Below, piece by piece: positions 28,776-37,556 of a stretch of 64,000 nucleotides of DNA; the stretch's first letter is position 1; every line of letters starts with the position of its first letter. The stretch covers positions 2,624,001 to 2,688,000 of the forward strand of contig OZ244744.1 in assembly GCA_965219455.1 (NCBI GenBank). Direction: 5' to 3'. Both the position numbers and the translations under genes were made by a program. Source of the DNA: Candidatus Latescibacterota bacterium. GTDB taxonomy: Bacteria > Latescibacterota > UBA2968 > GCA-2709665. The notes beneath the pieces were generated by a model that was not told the DNA's origin, did not search any database, and saw only the letters and a list, made by a program, of their open reading frames with translations.

Positions 28776-29096
28776 TCAGGACCGTCCCAATAGTTCCCGA
28801 TTATTGACTCTTCGCAAGCCACAGCGCCGGATTGATCGGCTCCTCGCCCCGCATAATCTCAAAAGGGCGAGCGTGCGCCGCTTTACAACCGAGCGCGGCG
28901 TCCCCGTTACTTCCATGGCGAATGCCACGTTCTCGTAGACTGTCCGGTCCTGCAACAGACGGTGATTCTGAAAAACCATACTTACGCTTCGCCGCAAAGC
29001 CGGGATATCCCGGTGCCGAAACGCAATCACAAGACCTCCTGCCGCGGGAACCCCTTTGAAGTCAAATATGGCAGGTTTTGATGCATCAAGCCGCAC
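28776..29096 (-). pseudogene. FtsE-like ABC ATPase internal fragment
   Basis: IPALRRSVSMVFQNHRLLQDRTVYENVAFAMEV resembles the FtsE Q-loop region; no Walker A, signature or Walker B. Confidence 0.65.
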
Positions 29097-29100
29097 GCCT

Positions 29101-29892
29101 TCAGCTCACGTGGTCGATTCCGCTATCCTCACCGACTTTCCGCAATACGAAATGCACCCGGTCCGACCCTTCGTCGGGCTCGCAAAAGCCGAATCCGTCG
29201 TAGGCCCCTTCCAGCGAAAACGGAGACCGCTCCAGCGCAGTCTGTATATCCGCCAGTGCATATATTCGCTGGCGATGCACCTCTTCCACGGCTTCGTCCG
29301 TCTGTTTGAACCGGATGTCAAATCGATTGAACTGGATCCCGTTCCTGTAAAAGCTCTCGCGGACGTAAGTAAATCCATCCCCGCTGTCATTATCCGTCAG
29401 CCTGCGAAAATATCGCAGCGAATTCGTTTCGGTACAAACGTCGAATACAAAAACGCCGTGTGGCAGCAAAATCGCGTGGACTTCGTTCAATGCACGGGAG
29501 ACGTCCTCAATCGTCATCAGGTAATTTATGCTGTCGTACAGACAAAGCGCTGCTTCGAACCGGGGCAGGCCTGACAGATCCAGCAGGTTTCTGTGGAAAA
29601 ATTCCATGTCGTAACCCGCTTTCCGTGCCTTTTCCTCCGCCACGTCCAGCATCTCCCGGCAACCGTCCGTCCCTGAAGCACAATAGGCCCGCTTTCGCAA
29701 TTCCAGCGCCATACTGCCCGTACCACACGCGAGATCGAGCACCCGCGACGGCGCCACGTTATGTCGAGCGAAGACGGCCTCCATGTAATCCGCCCACTGC
29801 GCATAGTCCACATGCCGCATCACAAAGTCATAAATTTCCGCAAGCCGGGTGTAGGGTTGCGCCTTGCGTTTGTCTTTTTTTCGTCCGAACAT
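29101..29892 (-). CDS. Class I SAM-dependent methyltransferase
   Basis: VLDLACGTG, DSINYL, GVFVFD. Confidence 0.9.
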   Translation of the reverse strand: MFGRKKDKRKAQPYTRLAEIYDFVMRHVDYAQWADYMEAVFARHNVAPSRVLDLACGTGSMALELRKRAYCASGTDGCREMLDVAEEKARKAGYDMEFFHRNLLDLSGLPRFEAALCLYDSINYLMTIEDVSRALNEVHAILLPHGVFVFDVCTETNSLRYFRRLTDNDSGDGFTYVRESFYRNGIQFNRFDIRFKQTDEAVEEVHRQRIYALADIQTALERSPFSLEGAYDGFGFCEPDEGSDRVHFVLRKVGEDSGIDHVS

Positions 29893-29963
29893 AAATTCAA
29901 TATAAACAGGTCACAGGGAAAGGGCAAACGACTAGCCCGCGCACCTTCGACGCCGGGTATGAG

Positions 29964-29990
29964 AAAAAAAAACAGCCCCTGTGGGGCTGG
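29964..29990 (-). terminator. Rho-independent terminator
   Basis: Minus strand CAGCCCC-ACA-GGGGCTG followed by T9, downstream of the S4 gene. Confidence 0.8.
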
Positions 29991-30024
29991 ACTCGCCGGC
30001 TTGACGTCCTGGCTTCGGATGCCG

Positions 30025-30297
30025 TTAGAAGTCGGTGACTTCACACGCCTCGTCCCGAAGCACTTCGTAACATGATCTGGCGGCCGCCCGGGAGACGTTT
30101 CCGGCAGGCAGCTTGAGAATTTCCAGTTCCAGGTATCGATCCAGAAAGGAGATGCTCACCCGCTTACCCGGCGCAACGGCCTGTCCCGGCTTCGCCCGCC
30201 GCCCGTCGAGCATCACGATCCCGTTCTCGCAGGCACGTTTTGCCTCGGACCGTCGACGCGTCAAACAACATCGTTTTAAGAATAAATCCAGCCGCAT
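30025..30297 (-). CDS. S4-domain RNA-binding protein (Hsp15/RqcP-like)
   Basis: MRLDLFL, RRSEAKRAC, AKPG. Confidence 0.85.
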   Translation of the reverse strand: MRLDLFLKRCCLTRRRSEAKRACENGIVMLDGRRAKPGQAVAPGKRVSISFLDRYLELEILKLPAGNVSRAAARSCYEVLRDEACEVTDF

Positions 30298-30405
30298 ATC
30301 GAATTAGACGTTCGTTGTGGATACCGAATTCAGGAACTTCCCGTTGCCCGATCCGGAGGCGCAGGCCACGGACCGTCAACCATGAAACCGCGGCCGCGGG
30401 GCGCG

Positions 30406-31710
30406 TCATTTTTGCAACTGGCCTCCGTACCCCAGATCGTACGGCCGAACTTCCACGTAAAGACGTGCTCGTGTTTCCGCGAGCACCTCTTCAAACCGCT
30501 CTTGCAGGCGCTCCTGTTGTATGATATTCCTAACGGCGCCCTGGTCGTCATTCACCTTTACCACATGCCATCCGTACTCCGTCTGTATCGGCGCGCTCAC
30601 TTCGCCCATGTGCATCGTTTTCAGTACATCCGAGAATTCGGCTGGCAAATTTTCCAGCGTGTTCGGCCCCGGAATCCGCCCGCCCTTTTTGGCCGTCTCC
30701 TCATGCGTGGAGTGTTTTCGAGCCAACTCCGCGAAATCCTCTCCCGCCTGAGACTTTTTCGCGAGTTCAAGCGCCTTGTCGTAGGCCGTCTTCACGTCCC
30801 GTGGCGAGGGCTGCAGCGGAATGAGAATGTGCCGTGCCCTTACCTGGTCGCCGGACGCCGCTTCCACCTTGATGACGTGGTAACCGAACTTTGTCTTTAC
30901 CGGCGCACTGATCTCCCCGGGCCGCAGCGCGAAGGCCGCTTCCTCAAACGCCGGGACCATTCGTCCGCGCGGGAAATAACCCAGGTTACCGCCATCTTCC
31001 CTGCTTCCCATGTCGCTCGAATACTGCTTCGCCAATGCCGCGAAATCTTCGCCTTTGCGCAAACGTTCAATGATCGCGTTCGCCTGGGCCTTGACCTCCG
31101 CATCGCGATCGTCGGAGGCTTCAATTGCCAACAGAATATGACTGATACTCACCAACGGCGGAAGCCTGTCCTGATACAGCGCGATATAATCCTGAACGTC
31201 CTTGAACGACACTTCGACCTGTTCGCTCAGGCGTATGTACATCCTCTCCCGCAAAAAATCCTTTCGAAACTCCTGGCGATATTGTTCGCGAAGATCCCGT
31301 TCCGTTACACCGCCTTCGGCAAGTTGGCCGGCAAACGCCTCTTCGCCATGTTCCGCCTTAAGTTCCCGGACGCGGGACCGGACCGCACGTTCGATGACTT
31401 CCTCGTCCACCTCGATGCTGTCCTCTTCCGCCCTGGCCAGCAGGAGTTTTTCCTGGATCATGTTCCCCAGAATAAGCTCGAACATCTCACTGACCCTATC
31501 CGGCGTGAGATCCTCCCTGCTCAGCCCCTGCTGCATGGAAACCAACGCCATGTTCGACATCACGTCAGAACGCAATACGATCTGATCGTCCACCACCGCC
31601 ACGATCTGATCGAGGAGCTGTGGCTTCGCCGCGGCGCTGGCCGCGCACATCAACACCAGAGCCGCCACAAGGGCGCCACACACACCTTTTGGAAAGCTTG
31701 TAACCATCAT
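30406..31710 (-). CDS. surA: SurA-like parvulin peptidyl-prolyl isomerase
   Basis: Signal peptide, DQIVAVVDDQIVLRSDV, two parvulin domains (HIL, FAALAKQYS, GGNLG, FGYHVIK). Confidence 0.88.
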   Translation of the reverse strand: MMVTSFPKGVCGALVAALVLMCAASAAAKPQLLDQIVAVVDDQIVLRSDVMSNMALVSMQQGLSREDLTPDRVSEMFELILGNMIQEKLLLARAEEDSIEVDEEVIERAVRSRVRELKAEHGEEAFAGQLAEGGVTERDLREQYRQEFRKDFLRERMYIRLSEQVEVSFKDVQDYIALYQDRLPPLVSISHILLAIEASDDRDAEVKAQANAIIERLRKGEDFAALAKQYSSDMGSREDGGNLGYFPRGRMVPAFEEAAFALRPGEISAPVKTKFGYHVIKVEAASGDQVRARHILIPLQPSPRDVKTAYDKALELAKKSQAGEDFAELARKHSTHEETAKKGGRIPGPNTLENLPAEFSDVLKTMHMGEVSAPIQTEYGWHVVKVNDDQGAVRNIIQQERLQERFEEVLAETRARLYVEVRPYDLGYGGQLQK

Positions 31711-31982
31711 GTCCAGTCTCCGAATGCCAGAATCGTCCCCCATGGCCCTCACGGCGATGCCCTAAACCTAATGTCCCGTCCCAGAAATAAGTCACCCTTC
31801 TTCCGCCTGTCTGCGTGCAGGTCTTCCGCACAGGCAGGCCGATTCATCCCGTCTGGCTTCGTTGCCATCGCTCGACGGCCGAATTTGCGCAATTTATTTC
31901 CGGGACAGAACACTAACCCGCCGTCCTATATGTGACTGCCCGGGCATCGTATGGTTCCGAGTAAGGACGAGAATATATGCGC

Positions 31983-34900
31983 TCAAACGAGGCTCTGCAA
32001 CACCTTTTTGGCATTTGCAAGGCGTTCGCCAGGGCCGTTGCCCTCCAACTCCGCCTCAATCAGCACCCGGTCACCCAGGGAAAATTGCAGTGGGACGGGC
32101 GCAGCCGCCACCCAGTCCTCCACCTGCTTTCGCGTCAACATTCGATCCGGTGGAAACGTGATCGCCAGCGTTCGGCCCGTCCGTACCGTGTGCGCGCGAA
32201 GCTGCCGGGCCAGTATCCGCATGGCTATTGTATCCAGCAGCGCCGTAGCGGGCGCCGGTAAAGGTCCGAACCGATCCGCCATCTCCTCTTCCAATGCAAG
32301 GGTCTCCACCGTCTGCCGGCACTCACCCAGCCGCTGGTAAAATTGCATCTTCAGATCTTCATCTGATATATAGGTTTCCGGAATATAGGCGGATACGGCC
32401 ACCTGTACCTCCGGCTCGGCCGCAGGTTCCGCCTCGTTGCCGTGTATCTGACCGATCGCCTCATTCAGTAACCGGCAATAGAGTTCGAAACCTACCGCCG
32501 TAATGTGCCCATGTTGCTGCGCGCCCAGAAGATTGCCCGTCCCCCGGATCTCCATGTCTCGCATCGAAATATTGAAGCCGGAGCCCAGATCCGCGAATTC
32601 CTCGATGGCGCGCAGACGACGGACGGACGGCTTTTTCAGTGATTTCCACGAAGGAATCAGAAGATACGCATACGCCTGCCGCGTGGACCGGCCCACGCGG
32701 CCGCGAAGCTGGTAGAGTTGCGCGAGTCCCATCCTGTCGGCACGGTTCACAATCAGCGTATTCACACTGGGGATATCCAACCCCGACTCGATTATCATCG
32801 TGGAAACCAGGCAGTCGTACCTGCCTTCCAGGAAATCCATCATCGCCTTTTCGAGTTGTCTTTCCGGCATTTGACCATGGGCCACCCCAAACCGCACCTG
32901 TGGGACAAGCTGCTCCAGAAAATTCACGATGGCCGACATCGACTGCACCCTGTTGTGGACAAAATACACCTGCCCCCCTCGGTCGACCTCCCGCAGAATG
33001 GCCTCCGCGACCCTTTCTTCGTCAAACGGCAGGACTTCGGTCGTAATCGGCAGCCGGTCTTTGGGAGGCGTTCGGATAATCGACATATCCCGGGCCCCCA
33101 TCAGGGACATATGAAGTGTCCTGGGAATCGGCGTCGCCGTCAGCGTCAGTACATCCACCTGCCGCCGTACCTGCTTGAGCCGCTCCTTATGGCGTACGCC
33201 GAACCGGTGTTCTTCATCGATCACAAGCAACCCGAGATTCCGAAACCGAACGTCCTGCGACAGCAGGCGGTGTGTACCGACCGCAACATCCACCCGTCCG
33301 GCCGCCAGGCCGGCGAGTGCCGTCCGTTGCTCCCTGGGTGTGCGGAACCGGCTCAATACATCGACGGTAACCGGCAGGCCGTCCATTCGCTCCTTGAACG
33401 TCCGGAAGTGCTGCTGCGCGAGAATGGTGGTTGGCGCCAGAACCGCAACCTGCTTTCCGTCGGCCACGGCCTTGAACGCAGCACGCACCGCGATTTCGGT
33501 CTTCCCGTATCCCACGTCGCCGCAAACCAGTCGATCCATCGGCGCCGAAGTTTCCATGTCCTTTTTGACTTCCTGAATCGTCTGAAGCTGATCCCTCGTT
33601 TCCTGAAACGGAAACGAGGCTTCAAGCGCCCTCTGGAGCGCTGTGTCAACCGAAAACTCCATACCGGGAGTCGCCTTCCGCTCCGCGTAAAGAGACAGCA
33701 ACTCCGCCGCCATCTTGAAGACCTCCTTTTTGGCCTTTTCCTTTACGCGTTCCCATGTTGCCGTACCCAGTTTGCTCAATGCCGGGGCGATACTGTCCTG
33801 TCCTGCATACTTCTGTACACGGTCCATCTGATCCACCGGAACGAACACCCGGTCGCCGCCCCGATAGAACATGGCCAGACAGTCCTGCCGGATTCCGTCC
33901 ACCGTGAGATGCTCGATCCCTTCGTAGCGCCCGATGCCGTGGTCCACGTGTACCACGAAATCGCCGGCTCGCAGGCTCGAAATGCTTCGGATGGGCGTGG
34001 CGTCCTTGAACCGCCTGTAACGGCGGCGGCGGCGCGCAAGGGTGTAAATCTCGTGGTCGTTCAGTACCACCACCCGCGCCGTTGGGGACGTGAACGTAAA
34101 GCCGCTGTGCAGGGTGCCCACGTATATCGTTAACAGGTTCTCCTCTTCTTCCAGCAGTTCTTCAAACCGCGCTTTCTGGCCCTGGCTCTCGCACAACAGC
34201 ACCACCTCGTAGTCCGCTTGCCAGTGTCTCCTCATATCTTCCTTCAATGTTTCCAGATGGCCCTCATATCGCCGGCCACCGATGCCCGAAAAGTGGACGC
34301 CGTCTTCCGAACGTCCGCCCAGCGGCCAGTTCAGAACCCGGCGCATACCGGCCAGCCGTTTCAGAATCGCCTCCGGATGCCGGGCTACGGCATTCGCCGG
34401 AAGCGGTTCCGGCTCTCCACGCCTCTTCTTCTGGCGCCGGGCCGCCACCTCCACCCGCGCCCACGCGTCGGTCGCTGCCGTTTCGACGGCGCCGGGGTCG
34501 TCCACAACGACATAACCGTCCGAAACGTGGTCCAACAGGCAGGTTTTCTCCCTGTATAGAACGCCCAGGTACTGCTCCAGCCCGTCGAACGCGCCCTGGC
34601 TGTCCATCATTTCACGCAGCCCCTCCAGGCCCATTCCAAGCCGACGTTCCGCTTCGGCCAGGTGCGTCGCATACACGTCCGACAGTGTCTCGACCAGGAC
34701 TGCCTCGCGGCACGGCAGCACCCTCACGGTCTCGTGCCTGGCAACCGACCGCTGCGTTCCCAGATCAAACGCGCGAATCGATTCCACCTCATCGCCAAAA
34801 AACTCGATTCGGATCGGATGCGTGCCGCCAAACGAGCAGACGTCCAGGATTCCCCCCCGTACGCTGAACTGACCCACCCCGCCCACCAGCGTCACTCGCT

Positions 34901-35393
34901 CATATCCAATATCCACCAGATGTTCAGCCAGTGTATCGGGCGCAACCTCCTCCCCGACCCGTATCTCCCGGACAGCCAGATCGTACAGGTCCGGCGAAAG
35001 GGTATGGCTCATCAGGGAATCCACCGGCGTAACCACAACCCCGCAACCTGCCCCCTGTAACTGATCCAACGCCTCGAGCCGAAGCCCCATCACGTCGAGA
35101 TGGGGCGACCGACGGTCGTACGGCGACCCGCCCCACGCGGGAAAAATCCCGACTCGGCTCGAACCCATCACACGCTCCAGATCGTCGCGCACTTTTTCCG
35201 TCCGGTCCTCCGAATCGCACACCACCAATACAGGCCCTGGCGCCGTCTCCTCCACCCACGCAATGCCGAACGCAGTGAGCGAGCCCGGCAACCCGCGCAC
35301 CGGAATCGCAGGCGTACGGGCTTCGATCAGACGCGCCAGTTCCTCAAACGGCTGCGACTTCACCATCCTGTCGTACATCCGTTTGATCGACAT
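31983..35393 (-). CDS. mfd: Transcription-repair coupling factor
   Basis: GQFSVRGGILD, VHVDHGIG, CGDVGYGKTE, DEEHRFG, TATPIPRTL, QLRGRVGRS. Confidence 0.97.
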   Translation of the reverse strand: MSIKRMYDRMVKSQPFEELARLIEARTPAIPVRGLPGSLTAFGIAWVEETAPGPVLVVCDSEDRTEKVRDDLERVMGSSRVGIFPAWGGSPYDRRSPHLDVMGLRLEALDQLQGAGCGVVVTPVDSLMSHTLSPDLYDLAVREIRVGEEVAPDTLAEHLVDIGYERVTLVGGVGQFSVRGGILDVCSFGGTHPIRIEFFGDEVESIRAFDLGTQRSVARHETVRVLPCREAVLVETLSDVYATHLAEAERRLGMGLEGLREMMDSQGAFDGLEQYLGVLYREKTCLLDHVSDGYVVVDDPGAVETAATDAWARVEVAARRQKKRRGEPEPLPANAVARHPEAILKRLAGMRRVLNWPLGGRSEDGVHFSGIGGRRYEGHLETLKEDMRRHWQADYEVVLLCESQGQKARFEELLEEEENLLTIYVGTLHSGFTFTSPTARVVVLNDHEIYTLARRRRRYRRFKDATPIRSISSLRAGDFVVHVDHGIGRYEGIEHLTVDGIRQDCLAMFYRGGDRVFVPVDQMDRVQKYAGQDSIAPALSKLGTATWERVKEKAKKEVFKMAAELLSLYAERKATPGMEFSVDTALQRALEASFPFQETRDQLQTIQEVKKDMETSAPMDRLVCGDVGYGKTEIAVRAAFKAVADGKQVAVLAPTTILAQQHFRTFKERMDGLPVTVDVLSRFRTPREQRTALAGLAAGRVDVAVGTHRLLSQDVRFRNLGLLVIDEEHRFGVRHKERLKQVRRQVDVLTLTATPIPRTLHMSLMGARDMSIIRTPPKDRLPITTEVLPFDEERVAEAILREVDRGGQVYFVHNRVQSMSAIVNFLEQLVPQVRFGVAHGQMPERQLEKAMMDFLEGRYDCLVSTMIIESGLDIPSVNTLIVNRADRMGLAQLYQLRGRVGRSTRQAYAYLLIPSWKSLKKPSVRRLRAIEEFADLGSGFNISMRDMEIRGTGNLLGAQQHGHITAVGFELYCRLLNEAIGQIHGNEAEPAAEPEVQVAVSAYIPETYISDEDLKMQFYQRLGECRQTVETLALEEEMADRFGPLPAPATALLDTIAMRILARQLRAHTVRTGRTLAITFPPDRMLTRKQVEDWVAAAPVPLQFSLGDRVLIEAELEGNGPGERLANAKKVLQSLV

Positions 35394-35595
35394 TCAAATT
35401 CCCCCGGATCCCGTCGGCCGCCGCACTCCCGCACGTGAAGAAGCCGTCTGCGAAAAACGTCAACCACGGGATCACATTCGCAAGGGTCTACCGTCCATTG
35501 AACCGGAGCAGGGTCGTCCGCAACACCAAAACGCCCGACCCAGCTTTGAGTCGGGCATCGTCAACACAAACACAAAAAACCACCCATCCCGATTA

Positions 35596-35756
35596 GAAGC
35601 TGTTTTAAAATTCCTGGTGAGTCCCGAGCGCGAGCGAAAAAGTGACGGTCAAGGCGGGAGAATCCGCCCATATCTAAAGATACGGGTGGATTTGACCAAC
35701 GCCGACCGTCGCTTTTGCAGCCGCGCGAAGACCGCTGGGGATTTTAAAACAGCTTC
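35596..35756. mobile_element. 161-bp MITE with perfect terminal inverted repeats and TTA target duplication
   Basis: GAAGCTGTTTTAAAAT (35596-35611) / ATTTTAAAACAGCTTC (35741-35756), flanked by TTA on both sides; no ORF. Confidence 0.85.
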
Positions 35757-35840
35757 TTAGGGAAGTGGTGGGAGTCCGTGATCCTCCCCAACTGCGGAGG
35801 GCGGTACGGAGAGGCCTTCCGTGGCCATCCTTCGGTTATA

Positions 35841-35919
35841 TGGCGGGGTAGACGGGGCTCGAACCCGCGACCTCAGGCGTGACAGGCCTGCACTCTAACC
35901 AATGCTGAGCTACTACCCC
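35841..35919 (-). tRNA. tRNA-Asp(GTC)
   Basis: GGGGTAG/CTACCCC acceptor stem, CAGGC-CTGTCAC-GCCTG anticodon arm, GGTTCGAGCC T-arm, encoded CCA. Confidence 0.96.
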
Positions 35920-35967
35920 GCTCCATATGAACAAATGCTCAAATCGACCACATTTTGAGCGGGCGTA

Positions 35968-35996
35968 AAGATAACACAGCCCCCTGAAGCTGTCAA
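35968..35996 (-). promoter_or_regulatory. sigma70 promoter of tRNA-Asp
   Basis: TTGACA-N17-TATCTT. Confidence 0.7.
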
Positions 35997-36205
35997 GCCT
36001 TTTCAGGTATATTCCAATCCGTCGACGGGAGGTCGGAACCATCGCCAGACGACAACGCCGACGCGCGTTTCCCGGCGTGTCCCTCCTTGCCTCCGGTTAC
36101 CCTTTGTCTTATATTGATCCGTCGCTTCAATTCTGTCCCCGGTCGAAGATCGTTTGCGGGGCGGAGGCGATCTTCGACAATACGCGGTCAACCCTTATCC
36201 AGACC

Positions 36206-37525
36206 ATGGATTCCAGCATGCCCAACCACCGATCCCTCGGTATCGGCCTTATCGGCATGGGCGTCGTCGGCGCCGGCGTCGTTCGCATTCTCAAACAGCG
36301 CGCCGACCACTTCAGGTCCATACGTGGCGTGGCGTTCGATCTAAGGCGCATCGCCGTGCGGGATATCGCCAAGTCGCGCGACAGTGATCTGCCCGATGAT
36401 ATCCTCACCGCCAGCGCCAGCGAGGTCATTGAAGATCCCGATATTCAGATTGTCGTTGAAGTGATGGGGGGGCTCGACCCCGCAAGGGAACTCTGCCTGA
36501 ACGCGCTCGAGAATGGAAAAGACCTGGCCACCGCCAACAAGGCCCTGCTCGCTGAACACGGCGACGACCTTTTCAGCGCCGCCGCACGCAATGGCGCAAA
36601 CATCGGCTTTGAAGCCAGCGTCTGCGGCGGCATACCCATCATCCGGTCACTGACGGATGGCCTGGCAGCCAACCGAATTCAGTCCATCTACGGGATTCTC
36701 AATGGTACCACCAACTACATTCTTACGAGGATGACCGATGATGGCGGAGACTTTCAGGCCATGCTCCGGCGGGCTCAGGAAAAGGGGTTTGCCGAAGCGG
36801 ATCCTACCATGGACATCGACGGTACGGACGTCGCCCAGAAACTCGCCCTTCTGTGCCGCATCGCCTTCCGTGTTAGCCTGAATCCATCGCACATCCTCAA
36901 AGAGGGTATCTCGCACGTCTCTCCGCTGGACGTCGACTTCGCCAGGGAACTCGGATATACCATCAAACTCCTGGCCATTGCGAAAGCAATTCAAAACCGA
37001 ATTGAAGCCCGCGTCCACCCCGTCCTGGTGCCCTCCGGCGCACTGCTGGCAAATATCAAGGACGAATTCAACGCCGTGGAGATCGTGGGCAATGCCGCTG
37101 GCCCGCAAGTCTTTTACGGCCGCGGCGCCGGACAGATGCCCACGGCCAGCGCCGTGGTTTCCGACCTGCTCGACCTGGCCGAACGCCGTGTGACGAACCG
37201 ATCCACAGGCCACGCGCCCCTCGCCGATCTGCCATCCGCCGACGCTATTCCGCCCGAAGAGGTCGAAACCAGCTTTTACTGCCGCTTTACCGTATATGAT
37301 CAGCCCGGCGTACTCGCACGGATCGCCCGCATTTTTTCAGAACAGCAAATCAGCATCGCGACCGTTATCCAGCACGGTCGGTCTGAAACCGAACAGGGCA
37401 CGGTGCCGCTAATCATGACAACCCACGAGGCCCGCGAAGCCAGTATGCGTACGGCCGTTCAGCAAATCGATCGACTGTCCATAATCACCGAACCGTCTCA
37501 GATCCTCCGCATTGAAGCGCTGTAG
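36206..37525 (+). CDS. hom: Homoserine dehydrogenase with ACT domain
   Basis: IGMGVVG, TANKA, FEASVCGGIP, NGTTNYIL, FAEADPT, GRGAG, DQPGVLA; alternative start 36218. Confidence 0.95.
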   Translation: MDSSMPNHRSLGIGLIGMGVVGAGVVRILKQRADHFRSIRGVAFDLRRIAVRDIAKSRDSDLPDDILTASASEVIEDPDIQIVVEVMGGLDPARELCLNALENGKDLATANKALLAEHGDDLFSAAARNGANIGFEASVCGGIPIIRSLTDGLAANRIQSIYGILNGTTNYILTRMTDDGGDFQAMLRRAQEKGFAEADPTMDIDGTDVAQKLALLCRIAFRVSLNPSHILKEGISHVSPLDVDFARELGYTIKLLAIAKAIQNRIEARVHPVLVPSGALLANIKDEFNAVEIVGNAAGPQVFYGRGAGQMPTASAVVSDLLDLAERRVTNRSTGHAPLADLPSADAIPPEEVETSFYCRFTVYDQPGVLARIARIFSEQQISIATVIQHGRSETEQGTVPLIMTTHEAREASMRTAVQQIDRLSIITEPSQILRIEAL

Positions 37526-37556
37526 ACAAAACCGGCGGCGGATCGGGGATCAATTC

